Shown piece after piece: positions 35,075 to 48,400 of a stretch of DNA of 64,000 bases (position 1 is its first letter; every line of letters starts with the position of its first letter). Position numbers and translations under genes: made by a program. The stretch lies in the NCBI GenBank assembly GCA_964016885.1, contig OZ024743.1:178684001-178748000 (forward strand), read 5' to 3'. Below the pieces are notes generated by a model that was not told where the DNA came from, did no database searches, and worked only from the letters and a program-made list of their open reading frames with translations. Source of the DNA: Eledone cirrhosa. Taxonomy: Eukaryota.

Positions 35075-35205
35075 CTCTTCCTGAGATAGTTTTTTATCGC
35101 TATCAGCATCAATTGCAGAGAAAGTGTCCGGTATTTCTGGGCCATCCTCAATACTAACAATTTCAATCTCAAATATCAGAACAGCCTTCCCAGGAATTCC
35201 AGCAG
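35075..35205 (-). CDS. FKBP14: ER FKBP coding exon 3: end of FKBP domain and EF-hand 1
   Basis: tttgcAG acceptor and GTatat donor; IPGKAVLIFEIEIV..FSAIDADSDKKLSQEE; phases 1/0 are consistent. Confidence 0.92.
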
Positions 35206-35371
35206 CTGCAAAACACATAAATAGAAGAAAGTTTTCCTTGGATCGATAAATTTATGAAACTATAATTATTTTAACACGCTGACGTGTGTGTGATTATATT
35301 ATTATAAACGCACAAATATAGACACACTTACAAAAATAAGTCGCTCAAATTTATATATAGACTTATATAGA

Positions 35372-35840
35372 CTAGCTGGCCCCCTGCCGTAAAAGATGAT
35401 GGCTAATAGTAATATCTATACATAATGTAAAAAGATGTTTGTTTGTTGGTTGGATCCTTTGCGCTCACTCACAGAAGTGATACAAACTCACAGTTGTGAC
35501 GAATCTTAGAACGGTGGACTCCTATAGTTTCTCACCATCCTCCGCCATCCTCAGTCGACGTAATCACCCCTTCCTTCTTCAGTCATCACCCATTCCTTCC
35601 TCAATCATCTCTAGTGCGTGACGTCATCACCCCTGCATTCCTCAATCATCTCTAGTGCGTGACGTCATCACCCCTGCATTCCTCAATCATCTCTAGTGCG
35701 TGACGTCATCACCCCTGCCTTCCTCAATCATCTCTAGTGCGTGACATCATCACTCCTGCCTTCCTCAATAATCTCTAGTGCGTGACGTCATTTCTGTGTG
35801 ACGGAAGGAAAGGCGGAAGTCACTAAAATTTATATAGAGA
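35372..35840 (-). mobile_element. Non-autonomous Helitron in an FKBP intron
   Basis: Minus strand starts TCtctatataa, has a 3' hairpin gccat..acggc and ends CTAG; inserted between A and T. Confidence 0.6.
35597..35791. repeat. 41-bp tandem repeat (~4.8 copies), each unit with a CRE-type TGACGTCA
   Basis: Unit ttcctcaatcatctctagtgcgTGACGTCAtcacccctgca; one copy has TGACATCA. Confidence 0.93.
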
Positions 35841-36638
35841 TAGTGTAGGATTTTGTACACATTCATCCACACAACATGAATTCTTAGCGAAGTGATAGGG
35901 GCGATGTCTTGATACTAAAACCTGGCGGAGTCCATGCCTCTTCCAACAGCTGCAAAACTCATAAGTGTAGTGAATTTCTTTTTAAAGTCTAAAGTCTATC
36001 TCAAACTCGGAGACTCTTCAGGCTGATGCTTATGCCAGTTTCTGTGACGTTAAGCGAGTAAGAAGACAAAACTTCCTCCTGTTCAGGACCCCAGTTTACC
36101 GCAGGGTTAAACACCCAGCTATTGCTGCTACTCATTTTCAGCTGAATATACTGGAGCAGCATGAAATGAAGTGTTTTGCTCCAGAACAGAAGACACAACC
36201 CAGTCAAGAAATCGAACCCACACATTAGGATCGTAAGTCCAACAGCCATAACACTAGGTCCCCTGCCACCGCAAGTTTTTCTGGGATCGATAAAATGATC
36301 AGATCAGGTAGAGAGAGAATTAGTAGAATCAAAGTCAGCGTTGCATCATAGTACAAACTATTTAACATATTATAGTTGTTTCGATATCGATCAGCCCTGC
36401 ACACTACAGCCACTTTACCTCTGGAATTCAACCCAACACGAAATGGATCTCATAACAGTATTGGGTGCTTTAATCGGCGCGCCGCCTGTAACTCTAGTTA
36501 CACACCTAACTAACACACACACATACACGCGTGCACACTCACACACACATGCATATAGGCATGTATGTATGTATGCATGTATGCATCTATGCATGTATGC
36601 ATGTATGTATATGTAAACCAATTAAATACATATATAAA

Positions 36639-36702
<64 letters not shown>

Positions 36703-36771
36703 TTGGTTTACATATACATACATACATGCATACATACATATGTACGTACATACATACGTACATGCATACAT

Positions 36772-36810
<39 letters not shown>

Positions 36811-36839
36811 AAAGAATAGAGGTGTAACACACAAGTTAT

Positions 36840-37508
36840 TATATATTGGTAAACGGAATAGAAAATGCTGACAAATTGTTCACAGTTGAAAAATGGTTTA
36901 ATTAGGAATAAAAGAGTATTAGTGATTGTATGGGTTAGTATTCAGTTGTGGTTTTAAGTTTTTAAGTTTTTACCGGTTGCGCATTTCTAAATGCTTTTCA
37001 AAAATAATTTTGAGATAGAGTGTCCGTGCTGTTTGCTCTGATCTGATTAGTTTTGGGAATTCTACCTGTTTTTATGTTAAAAAAATGGCTCCAGCGTTAT
37101 TTTTGTGTTGCAAAAATGCTTGTGGTCAAAACAATTTTGATTGGTCGGTAGAGGTCATGTGAATGTAAAAAGTTGATTTTGCGCCAAGACTGTTTTTATG
37201 TTAAAATGTTAGAAAAGTGGCTCCAGCAAAAATAACGCTGCAACACAAAAATAACGCTGGAGCCATTTTTTTAACATAAAAACAGGTAGAATTCCCAAAA
37301 CTAATCAGATCAGAGCAAACAGCACGGACACTCTATCTCAAAATTATTTTTGAAAAGCATTTAGAAATGCGCAACCGGTAAAAACTTAAAAACTTAAAAC
37401 CACAACTGAATACTAACCCATACAATCACTAATACTCTTTTATTCCTAATTAAACCATTTTTCAACTGTGAACAATTTGTCAGCATTTTCTATTCCGTTT
37501 ACCAATAT
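36840..37508. repeat. Fold-back with ~270-bp arms in an FKBP intron
   Basis: 36840-37111 is the reverse complement of 37239-37508. Confidence 0.9.
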
Positions 37509-37527
37509 ATATATATATATATATATA

Positions 37528-37850
37528 TTCAATTAACACTTAACATTTAATATTCTACCATACTATTTCATTCTAATACCATTATAAATTTTAAAGGATT
37601 GTAAATAAAACGAGTAAATCAGACAAAGTTGGAATTCCTTTTATTAACATATATATATATATATATTTATATCTATATAGATATATAGATATATGTTAAT
37701 AAAAGGAATTCCAACTTTGTCTGATTTACTCGTTTTATTTACAATCCTTTAAAATTTATAATGGTATTAGAATGAAATAGTATGGTAGAATATTAAATGT
37801 TAAGTGTTAATTGAACAAGTACTTTCATGCTTTCGCAATCTTTAGGTTCA
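37528..37850. mobile_element. Fold-back (~125-bp arms around a TA core) ending in an HHR fold with G5A core
   Basis: 37528-37652 is inverted at 37691-37815; minus strand 37812-37850 reads tgaac-CTAAAGA-t-tgc-gaaa-gca-t-GAAA-GTAC-TT-gttca. Confidence 0.75.
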
Positions 37851-38155
37851 TATTCTGTGGTGACAGTCAAGTTTGCACACAAAAGCACGCAGCACACTGT
37901 AAGTGTGGTTGGCGTTAGGAAGGGTATCCAGCCGTAAAATCCAAGCCAAAATCAGTTCTGCGTGCACGAAACACGGTTCTCCGACGAGATCTCTCACAAA
38001 GAGACCTATATATAGTTAAAATGTGAATAAGGTAACTTATATTTTTATTCACAGCAACAACAGGAGAAAATTTATTTTACATCCAAACTACTATTTGATT
38101 TTGGGATTAGATTTGAGGGAAGTTATGAATTAGGTATGGGAAACGTAATACTTAC

Positions 38156-38301
38156 GGTTACCATGGTCACCGAAGCCATATTTTGGAGGAATAGTTAACT
38201 TCCGCATTTCACCCGGACAAGCACCTTTTAATCCAATTTGCCATCCCTTAATCATTGTACCACCATACAATTGAAACTGGAACGGTCGGTTATGTTGTGC
38301 T
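38156..38301 (-). CDS. FKBP14: ER FKBP coding exon 2
   Basis: tttcAG acceptor and GTAAGT donor; PFQFQLYGGTMIKGWQIGLKGACPGEMRKLTIPPKYGFG; phases 2/1. Confidence 0.93.
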
Positions 38302-39864
38302 CTGAAATACATAAAAGGCATTATTAGGCCGATGCGTACAATCATATACTTCTGAGCAAATCAGCGTAAAGTTCTCGTTCGAGAACTTATTTCAAGTTGC
38401 TTCAGTCTACTCAACAGGCAAAAATAGTTGTACCTGTAATTCAAAGGGCCATCCTGGATCTCCCTGAGAACTACGTTGCGCGAACTCATGTCCCTTGAAT
38501 GGAATGCTCAACTACTTGCATTTTATTTCCTGTATAGGATATTTTGTTGATCAAATCAACTGGAACACTCGTTGTTGCTACCGACGAAGGTCCTACTACT
38601 ACTGTACATACATATACAATCAACAAAGTAAATAGACAAAAACAATGGTCAAGACATAACACTCTATAAATTAGACACAACAACAGGGAATAGATATTAT
38701 TTGAGATGTGTATATTATAGAACCTATCACTATATATTGTGAATTAGTTACACTATTGAGAAATTTTGAGGAATAAATCGTTCGTTGCCCAACATTAAGC
38801 CTGCTCAGTTCTGTTGTCCTGGACTTTGTAGATTCTGGGATATTTACATCTCAAATGATATCTGATTTTGAAACACCCTGTATTTAGGTGGATCCATAAA
38901 AATAAATATTATTCAATAACATAACTAGGTTTTTAATTTAGGTCAAATTTCTTTTCAGATTTAGGGCTACTTTATAACAGGTGATACAGACCCCACACTA
39001 ATTTTATAGGGCTCTGGTGTAAAAATAAAAACATATTTAACACCAACACTTAGTTCTACTAGAAATATCGGCCAAATACTTTTCACGTTTAAATTACATA
39101 TTAGATTATATAGTCTCAGGTAATTACACGAATGCCTTTTGCTGAAAAGCCTACGACAAGTATATCTACCAATGTTTATATTCGTCACATTAGGGTACAT
39201 GTGTCCTGGGTAGATTACTTTTTGTAACTAACCTCTTCTACTTGAGTCCCGTAACTCCTGAGTAAGTCGTGGCGGCACCGTAATGACATACGGTGTTTCA
39301 AGTGTATTTTAAAATATAGAGGACCCCATCCGTCTCCAGGTCTGAACACAGCAGATTTCTTCCATAGAAGGCAAGAAAGTGGGCGAGAGGAACTGATAAA
39401 TAGATATAGAGGAAGAATTGACTCCGGTACTTGATCGTGTTTTTTTTTTGTATATTTTTTTTATTTTGTATCGAACTAGAATGGATAAAAGGTAAAGTTG
39501 ACATTCGTGGAATTTGACTCAGAAAGCAGAGAGTGGAAAAGACTACGACAAAGCACTCCATCCGACATTCTAACGACACTGCCAATTCGCTGCCCTGGAA
39601 CTGACCGAGGAAGTCTATTATGCTATAAGTCTTTCTTATTACACACTGTGTAAAACATTGAAACTCTAGGAATATATTGATAATTGTTTGATAACAAATC
39701 TTACATATGTCTACTTCTCGAAATCAGCGGTTTCTATTGTATGAAGATATTTCCTTTTGTGTAATGTGTGTGTGTTGTGAACGTTGGAAGCTGGTGTTGC
39801 CTGAGCAATCAATAAACAACACCTCTCTCTCTCTCTCTCTCTCTCTTTTATATATATATATATA

Positions 39865-39948
<84 letters not shown>

Positions 39949-40571
39949 GCGGGGTGTATATATATTTATATGTGTGTGTGTGTGCGTTATCTCTAGAGAG
40001 AGAGATAATATGTATGCATGCATGTATATACGTATGTATGTACGGTACCGCAAATTCGGAGGGAGTCATAGGGGCGCTGTATTGATATACGACATTTCTA
40101 GGGCATTTTTATAAACCTTAGCGGAGTATAAGTCAAAAAGAGATGTAGAAGAAGAATCAACCCCAGTACTTAACCGGTACTCTTTTTTATCGACCGAAAA
40201 TAGTTGAAAAGGAAAGTTGACCATGGTGGGATTTGAACTCAAAAAGAGCCGAAACGAATAGAGCAGAGCATTCTATCGGACGTTCTAACAACTCTGTTAA
40301 TTCACCGCCGCCGTACAAATAATATACATATATGTGTGAGGTAGAAATATAAATATAAACGATAAATATCAAACAGTTTCATTTTCTCATGACTAAAAAA
40401 GGTTACTAAAGACATTAAACCGGTTCTAGTCAGTACAGGTAAAACAATTCAAAATTTATAAATGACAATACGTTAACGCACAAACTAATACATATATACA
40501 CACACACAATCACACACATACACAAACATATATCGCTCTCTATATTATGTCGTATATGTACACACACACAC

Positions 40572-40655
<84 letters not shown>

Positions 40656-40889
40656 AAGAGTTGACGGACCCAGCATATTTATCAATGCCAGTACCGGTTG
40701 TATCTCAGCGTACTCTATGGGCAATGTAAGATACATTCCCAGAGTATACACATAGTTATTTGCTTCAACACAACACACGTAAAACGGGTGCCTATATATA
40801 TATATATATATAGTATTAGTTATACTATTTATGGTTATGTAAATACAAAACCTCATGCAGTTATAAGTATTTTTTATATACACCCTAAA

Positions 40890-41560
40890 TAGTGGTAGGC
40901 AGTAATGTATTACTACCTTATTACCAGTAAGTTAAGTAGCTCAATGTAAAAACATCAGATGATTTACAGAGCAGTTATATGAAATATAAGAATCAAAGAA
41001 CTGTTCAAAACATTATTGTGCTTACAGCTGTTTCCTCCAAACCGAGGTTTGGATTCTTCGGAGCAATTTATTAATGCATGGACAGTTATATGACCTCCTT
41101 TTCAGCCAAGAGACATACCGATACATATGCAAATATTGTGGGTCAACATTCATTACAGAATTTAGAGTGGCAGTACACACTTCGAGATTACAAATCAAAA
41201 ATACAGGTTAAAATAAAATACAGGTTAAAATAAAACATGAAGATAAGCGGTTATATAGTGCAAATGTTATATGTGTGGCACGCATGTGCGTCTTGTTTAT
41301 ATAGTGTGGCAGAGAGATATGTGTGGTAGAGGCACTTAGGTAGGTAAACAAGAGTGTTAGGTTGGTAGATCTGGTGGCAAATTCTTTATATGATTGATAT
41401 AGTCTGTGTGTGGAGAAATGTTATAAGCATTAAAAATAGTGCAAGCATTAAAAGTGTTAAAAGTATTAAAAGTATTGGAGATGCACAGCGAAGGGATGTC
41501 AAGTATTTCATGTACTTCGACATTTTCATGGTCAGGGGAGTGTATTTTTCGATTATATGC
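40890..41560 (-). mobile_element. Diverged family F copy with HHR
   Basis: Similar to 29890-29970 and 30405-30960; HHR at 41019-41065 with CAGCTG stem III. Confidence 0.7.
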
Positions 41561-42319
41561 CCCTCACATAATCCACGACAATTCGATATTGAGCGTTTGA
41601 CAATCCAATATTGAACTAATGAACACCAGACTACGATTCTCGAACTGGATTGTCAAACGCTCAATATCGAATTTCAACAACAGTATATACACACACTCTT
41701 GTATCAACCATATACAGATGTTGTTATCCATTCGTTTTTTTCTTTTTGCTTTTTTTTCTTACTTTTCTTCCTCTGTCTACCATATGATGAAGGACGTAAC
41801 CCGAAACATTATAGGCTTAATTTCTCTCACATTGTTCTGAAACTTAATATTTTTAGTTTCATACAGAACTTTATAAAAACTTTTCACTGTGAATGATTCT
41901 TGTTATAGTTTTATTTTTAATATTATTCAGTTATTATTTGTTTCTGTTACTACATTATCCTATTTGAAATACGATTGTATCAGAAGTGAAAATAATTGAT
42001 GAGAGTAGTTCAATATCTTTAAGTAATGTCATTTTTTCTGACAGTTGTGATTTTATGAAAGTCATGCGATATACTAACGAATTTTCTAACCTTCTGAATA
42101 ATTCAACATTTCGTATCTCCTTGATATATTTCGATTGACCCATACTGGGTATCAAAGATAACACCTATAATTCTGTTTCACCTTTCTATCACTGTATATA
42201 TGTGGTACCTTATTTTTCTAAATGCAGTATTTTTGCAGTAGTTCGATCTTTGACAAATCCGAAAAATTGACAGAAAAACTATAGGATATTGTAAACTTGA
42301 ACTTATAATATATATGTGT

Positions 42320-42356
<37 letters not shown>

Positions 42357-42423
42357 ATGGAAAAATTTGAACAGGGACAAAACAGAGAGGCAGTACAACG
42401 AATGTTTATTAATTTCACGCTCT

Positions 42424-42472
<49 letters not shown>

Positions 42473-42477
42473 CATTC

Positions 42478-42919
42478 ACACTTACAGAATATTTATGCAG
42501 AACTGATGAGAAATCTGCAGATACTCCACCCTGATTACACCTTCAGATGTATGCCTGTGATTATTGTGGCATTAGGATATGTTAGTAACTGCCTCAATAC
42601 AAATCTTGAGAAGCTAGGCTTCACAGGAACAGAAAGAACACAACTAGTTAGGAAATTACAAGTACAATCCATTAATGGAACAGTAAAACTATGTAAAACA
42701 TTCCAAAAATTGTGCATCTAATAACTGCATATACACATGTACAGATACAAACCATATACATCCACACATACAATACCATCCATATCTACACATGCAGACA
42801 CGCATACATAATCTACCTAGTTGATGTTGTGTAAATTCCAATGAGAGAGTCTTGTGTCTATGTTAGAAACCGACTCTCTCTCTATTGGTAAAAATTTGTG
42901 AACTTATAAAAGCAGAAGA

Positions 42920-42945
<26 letters not shown>
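42478..42945 (+). mobile_element. 3' fragment of an R4/Dong-like non-LTR element (restriction-like endonuclease C-terminus)
   Basis: Y..LMRNLQILHP...MPVIIVALGYV..L.KLG..LQVQSINGTVKLCKTF resembles RLE tails; ends in (CATA)n. Confidence 0.55.
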
Positions 42946-42982
<37 letters not shown>

Positions 42983-44235
42983 ATCAAAAGATGGTTAAAA
43001 GAGTTCCAAGTATTTTATTATGCGCATTTCAAAAATAAATATCATGAGATGATATCTGCGTTTTCATCAGATAAAATAGGGATACATGATATGAAGGTTA
43101 AAAAACACTTGTGAATAGTGAAGTTTTAAATCAACATGAAAATAATTTAAGATTGATGTGAGATATTGGGAAAAAGTGATGGGGGGTGGAAAGGGTGAAA
43201 AAGAGGAGGAGATGAGAGTAGAGAATGTTGGGGAGAAGTATAAGAAGGAAGGATGAGAGGGGGGAGAGATGGGTGATAGAGAGAGAGAGATAGCCTTTAC
43301 AACTGAGAAAAATATATACTGTCTCACAGAGAGAAGTTAAAAAGCCGTTGGAAGATAATAGATAATTTAAAAGAATTTGAAATTTAAAAAAAGGGGGGGG
43401 GGGGAGTTAAGAATAATATTAAATTAAGGTTTTATATTGAAGGGTTTAATAATATGTGCGAGGAAAAGAAATTGTTAATATGTATTATTAAAATAAAAAT
43501 ATTAATGTTATTAAGGATATACTGTGAAAAGAAGTAGAAGAGTGGATGAGTTATGAATTTAGAGGAATTATTTAGTGTTTAAGTTTGTTTTTATGTAATG
43601 TAATATGTGTGCGTAATATATGTAAATAGTTTGTTTACAAATGAGCGCAGAAAACAAAGAAGACAATAATGTTTAAGAAAGAAAAAAATCTAGCATCAAA
43701 ATATATATGTTTACGAAATATTTTCTAATGGTAATAATATAATATAATAAAGGAGATTAGTTAGGGTTTGTTTTTATGTATTGTAGTAGGAAATATGTAA
43801 AAGTCAAACGAGCATGAAAGGAACTCAAATATAAGGAACTAAGGAGGAAAAATCTAACGTCAAAAAACATGTTTATGTTTACGAAGGATTATTAAAGGTA
43901 ATACTATAATGTATTTAAAAGGTAATAATAATTTTTTTGGCCAATGATATGAAGAAAGATGGAAGAGTGGATATGTTGTGGTGAGTAATAATAAGAATTG
44001 AGAAGTGGTTAGGAAGAAAAGTATAGATTAGAGGTTAGAAATTAAGAAGAAAAAAGAAGAAAGAAAAGAGGAAGAAAGGAAAGTGATAAAGAGGAATGAT
44101 ATAGAATGAGTAACTAGTATTATATAATGTATAATAAATAATATTGAAATAAGGTAGAAAGATGGGTATATTTTTAAAGAAATATATATATACGCCTTTG
44201 AGAAAAAGGATTTTAAACTAGTAAAGTATTAGATA

Positions 44236-45511
44236 TTAGCTGTATACTTTATGGAATGTTCTGTGGAATTTATGCAAGCAGAGAGAAAATAAATCAGTGC
44301 GTCTATTTATTATAGAATCTAAATTAGATATAATGGTCAATTTCTCAGATAAACAAAGATTACACGTTCTAGATAGGAAGGCATTCAAGTAGGGAGAAGC
44401 AGAACACAATTTACTCCAAGAGATGTTATAGTTAATATGTTTGTCTTTCAAGGACCATATGTGTTCAGAGAGTGCCGTGTTAGTTCTTTTAAGTTGGTAT
44501 TTAAAAGAAGAATTGTGATTATAAAATCTCACTTTGAAGGAGGTGGAAGTGGAACCGAAATAGGTAAAGGAATTGGTATCAGTTATAACTTTACATTCAT
44601 AGACTAATTTTTTTTCAAGACAATGGTTATTGAGAGGACATTTAGTTTTAACAGGGCAATTACAATTGCGATTAGAGAGATTAACAGAGTTATTAACAAG
44701 TGACCTAGTGTTATTTATAGGAGGAATTGGATTGGAGAAGTTATTTACGATAGGAGTAATAGTTTCCTGATTTAGATTGGTATTATGAACAATCGAGGAA
44801 GTTACGTTTGACGTCGTATTTGAGTTTGCAGAATCTAGCCTAGAGTTGACAATGACGTCGGGAGTACTACTGCTATTATTATGACATTCAGTGTTGGAAG
44901 GATGTGATTTAGTATTTAATATTCTATTGTTGTGTTTAGAGATAATGTTGGAGATGTTGGAGGAGGTGAAATAGGAAAATTTTATTGTATGTTTGTTAAA
45001 TATTTTACTATAGATATGTGAAGGAGGGAAGCATTTATCTAAGGCCCTAAAGAATAATTTAGGAATATTATTATTAATAGAAATAGAGAAAGGAGCATTA
45101 TACCATATTATATTTTTGTATCTAGGTCTTTTATTTAAGTTATTGGAATGATCATAATTAATTATTTTACTGTAAGATCTTCTAGGATTGGTTTCTTTAC
45201 TGTATTTAATTGTATCAGGATAACCGGCTTTAGAAAGCGCATTATTATAGTAATTGGCGTTAGCATCAAAGATATTTTTTATTAGATGATAGGTTTGATA
45301 TCCTTTTTCCAATATTACTAACTATAGCATTTTTAATGTTAGTGGCGTGGTTAGATTTAAATTTAACATAATTTAAATTCTCATTGTTTTTATGGTAAGG
45401 GTAATATAGGCCAGTGTCAAGATTAAGGGATATATCCAAGAAGTTAGCTAGTTTGACGTTGTTATCAAATTCGATTTTTAGGTTATGTTGGTTAAAGAGA
45501 TCACGTATATT
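44236..45511 (-). pseudogene. 5'-truncated PLE RT thumb + GIY-YIG endonuclease (one frameshift near 45270)
   Basis: ORFs 45266-45514 and 44236-45312 align by eye with the family A protein. Confidence 0.88.
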
Positions 45512-45854
45512 CACTCTCTGAACTCATATGGTCCTTGAAAGACAAATATATTAACTATAACATCTCTTGGAGGAAAGTTTGTTCTGCCTCTCCCTACTTG
45601 AATGCCTCCCTATCTAGAACGTGTAATATTTGTTTATCTGAGAAATTTACCATTATATCTAATTTAGATTCTATAATAAATAGACGCACTGATTTATTTT
45701 CTCTCTGCTTGCATAAATTCCACAGAACATTCCATAAAGTATACAGCTAATATCTAATACTTTACTAGTTTAAAATCCTTTTTCTCAAAGGCTTATATAT
45801 ATATTTCTTTAAATATATACCCATCTTTCTACCTTATTTCAATATTATTTATTA

Positions 45855-46640
45855 TCTATATATATAAAACAGAGGATGTCTGTGTGTCTGTTTCCCTAAA
45901 ACTCGAGAAGTACCCAACCGTTTTTTTTCAAACTTTATACATGTAACTCGTATGACCCCAGAAGTGTTTTGAGCAAAAAAATTCAAATTTTCAATACCCT
46001 AGGGACCGCATTAGGCGATTTAGCGATCTCTTTCTCTTTCTCTTAGTCTTTCTCTTTTTAGATAGATACATAGATATGACGTCGCGCCTTCATAATATCT
46101 GTCTGTATGCCTGACTGTCTGCATTACGTCATTATGACGCGATCAGTGTGTGTGTGTGTATATATTCTTATGCCAGGGAACGTCTTCACGAACCAAAGTA
46201 TCGTCTTCCTGTTTTCCAGATTGATTTTTTTAGTTTAAGAAGATCCCGTTAAGGTTGAAAGCAGCGATTCTTTGCTTAAACATTAATATGTTATTTTAAT
46301 ATAGATATTCGTGTACAGATATTTTTGCACACACAAAAACAAAATATAAACAAACAAGCCCAAAGATTACATCAATTAGTCTTAATGTATGTACTTCATA
46401 CTGCTTTTAGGTAGAATATCACGTTAAGGGTGAAAGCAGTGATTCTTTGCTTAAACTTTAGTCTGTTATTTTAATATATATATATATATAATTATATATT
46501 TATGGACAGATATTTTTGCATACACAATAACAAAATATAAACAAACGTATTTATTTCATGAGGTTCGATAAGGATAAATATATATCAAATATATAAGAAC
46601 CCTATAGCAAATCCTGAGCAACGCCGGGCCATTCTGCTAG
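45855..46640 (+). mobile_element. Non-autonomous Helitron nested in the PLE arm
   Basis: TC start, gcaacgccggg hairpin and CTAG end; the other arm (~44130) shows the empty A|T site with no TSD. Confidence 0.88.
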
Positions 46641-47694
46641 TACACTATATAATACTAGTTACTCATTCTATATCATTCCTCTTTATCACTTTCCTTTCTT
46701 CCTCTTTTCTTTCTTCTTTTTTCTTTCTAATTTCTAACCTCTAACTGTACTTTTCTTCCTAACTACTTCTCAATCCTTATTATTACTCACCACAACATAT
46801 CCACTCTTCCATCTTTCTTCATATCATTGGCCAAAAAAATTATTATTACCTTTTAAATACATTATAGTATTACCTTTAATAATCCTTCGTAAACATAAAC
46901 ATGTTTTTTGACGTTAGTTTTTTCCTCCTGAGTTCCTTATATTTGTGTTTCTTTCATGCTCGTATGACTTTTACATATTACATAATACAATACATAAAAA
47001 CAAACCCTAACTCATCTCCTTTATTATATTATATTATTACCATTAGAAAATATTTCGTAAACATATATATTTTGATGCTAGATTTTTTCTTTCTTAAACA
47101 TTATTGTCTTTGTTTTCTGCGCTCATTTGTAAACAAACTATTTACATATATTACGCACACATATTACATTACATAAAAACAAACTTAAACACTAAATAAT
47201 TCTTCTAAATTCATAACTCATCCACTCTTCTACTTCTTTTCACAGTATATCCTTAATAACATTAATATTTTTATTTTAATAATACATATTAACAATTTCT
47301 TTTCCTCGCACATATTATTAAACCCTTCAATATAAAACCTTAATTTAATATTATTCTTAACTCCCCCCCTTTTTTTTTAATTTCAAATTCTTTTAAATTA
47401 TCTATTATCTTCCAACGGCTTTTTAACTTCTCTCTGTGAGACAATATATATTTTTCTCAGTTGTAAAGGCTATCTCTCTCTCTCTCTATCGCCCATCTCT
47501 CCTCCACTCTCCTCCTTCCTTCTTATACTCCTCCCCATCATTCTCTACTCTCATCTCCTCCTCTTTCTCACCCTTTCCAACCCCCCTACCATCACTTTTT
47601 CCCAATATCACACATCAATCTTAAATTATTTTTCATATGTTGATTTAAAACTTCACTATTCACAAGTGTTTTCAACCTTCATATCATGTATCCC

Positions 47695-47765
47695 TATTTT
47701 ATCTGATGAAAACGCAGATATCATCTCATGATGATATTTATTTTTGAAATGCGCATAATAAAATA
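47695..47765 (+). ncRNA. Family B hammerhead with intact core (minus copy 43011-43078)
   Basis: tattttat-CTGATGA-aaa..agatatcat..atgatattt..ttt-GAAA-TGCGCA-TA-ataaaata; 8-bp stem I, palindromic stem III. Confidence 0.8.
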
Positions 47766-47888
47766 CTTGGAACTCTTTTAACCATCTTTTGATCTTATAT
47801 TATTTAAATACTCCAGTCCTACAAACTGTAGAGTGCTACTTATCCGATATTTGCATTGCTTTATTGTACTACAATAAAACTCACCTCC

Positions 47889-47965
<77 letters not shown>

Positions 47966-48033
47966 GATTTCCTACCTAACAGAAGTAATGACCTCTACAC
48001 CTGTACATTTCCTACCTTAGTGTTCCAGAAGTA

Positions 48034-48400
48034 ATGACCTCCACCCCAGTAGACTTCCTAGATGTGACCCTAAGTTTAAATTACAGCCCATATAAACATT
48101 TTAGAAAACAAAATAAAAGGCCCACACAGGTTTTTGTCATAGATCTACATATACTCTTTAAAGAGCATATGAACATTATAAGTAGAAGGATTTCGAATTT
48201 GAAATGCTTGAAAAACACGCCTGTACTATCGTAGCATCCTAAAAGCAATCGAATGTAATGATAACTCAAGTATGTATGTTTTGCAACGCTGGACTACCAC
48301 AAGACAAGTGTAGGAATCGAAATGTTATTTGGTTTTCACCCTTACTCATTAAATCTAATGCAACATAAGTAAAACCTTTCAAAATTTGATATTAGCCATA
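48034..48400 (+). pseudogene. Old degenerate PLE RT fragment
   Basis: VDFLDVTLSL, IISRRISNL, and later RNRNVIWFSP. Confidence 0.6.

Larger units (their letters stand above)
42980..47890. mobile_element. Penelope-like element family B, head-to-head fold-back with 3' ends outward
   Basis: 42980-44473 is inverted at 45512-47795 (Helitron excluded); minus-strand ORF with FLDISL, WYNAPF, CNC..CPL..HC, VYEC..YFG; HHR near both outer ends. Confidence 0.92.

Noticed and set aside
35597-35791. 41-bp repeat as a CRISPR array
   Set aside because: Units are contiguous with no unique spacers
37296-37382. Possible HHR (ctaatca...GAAA-TGCGCA-ac)
   Set aside because: No valid core, no NUH triplet and no stem I pairing
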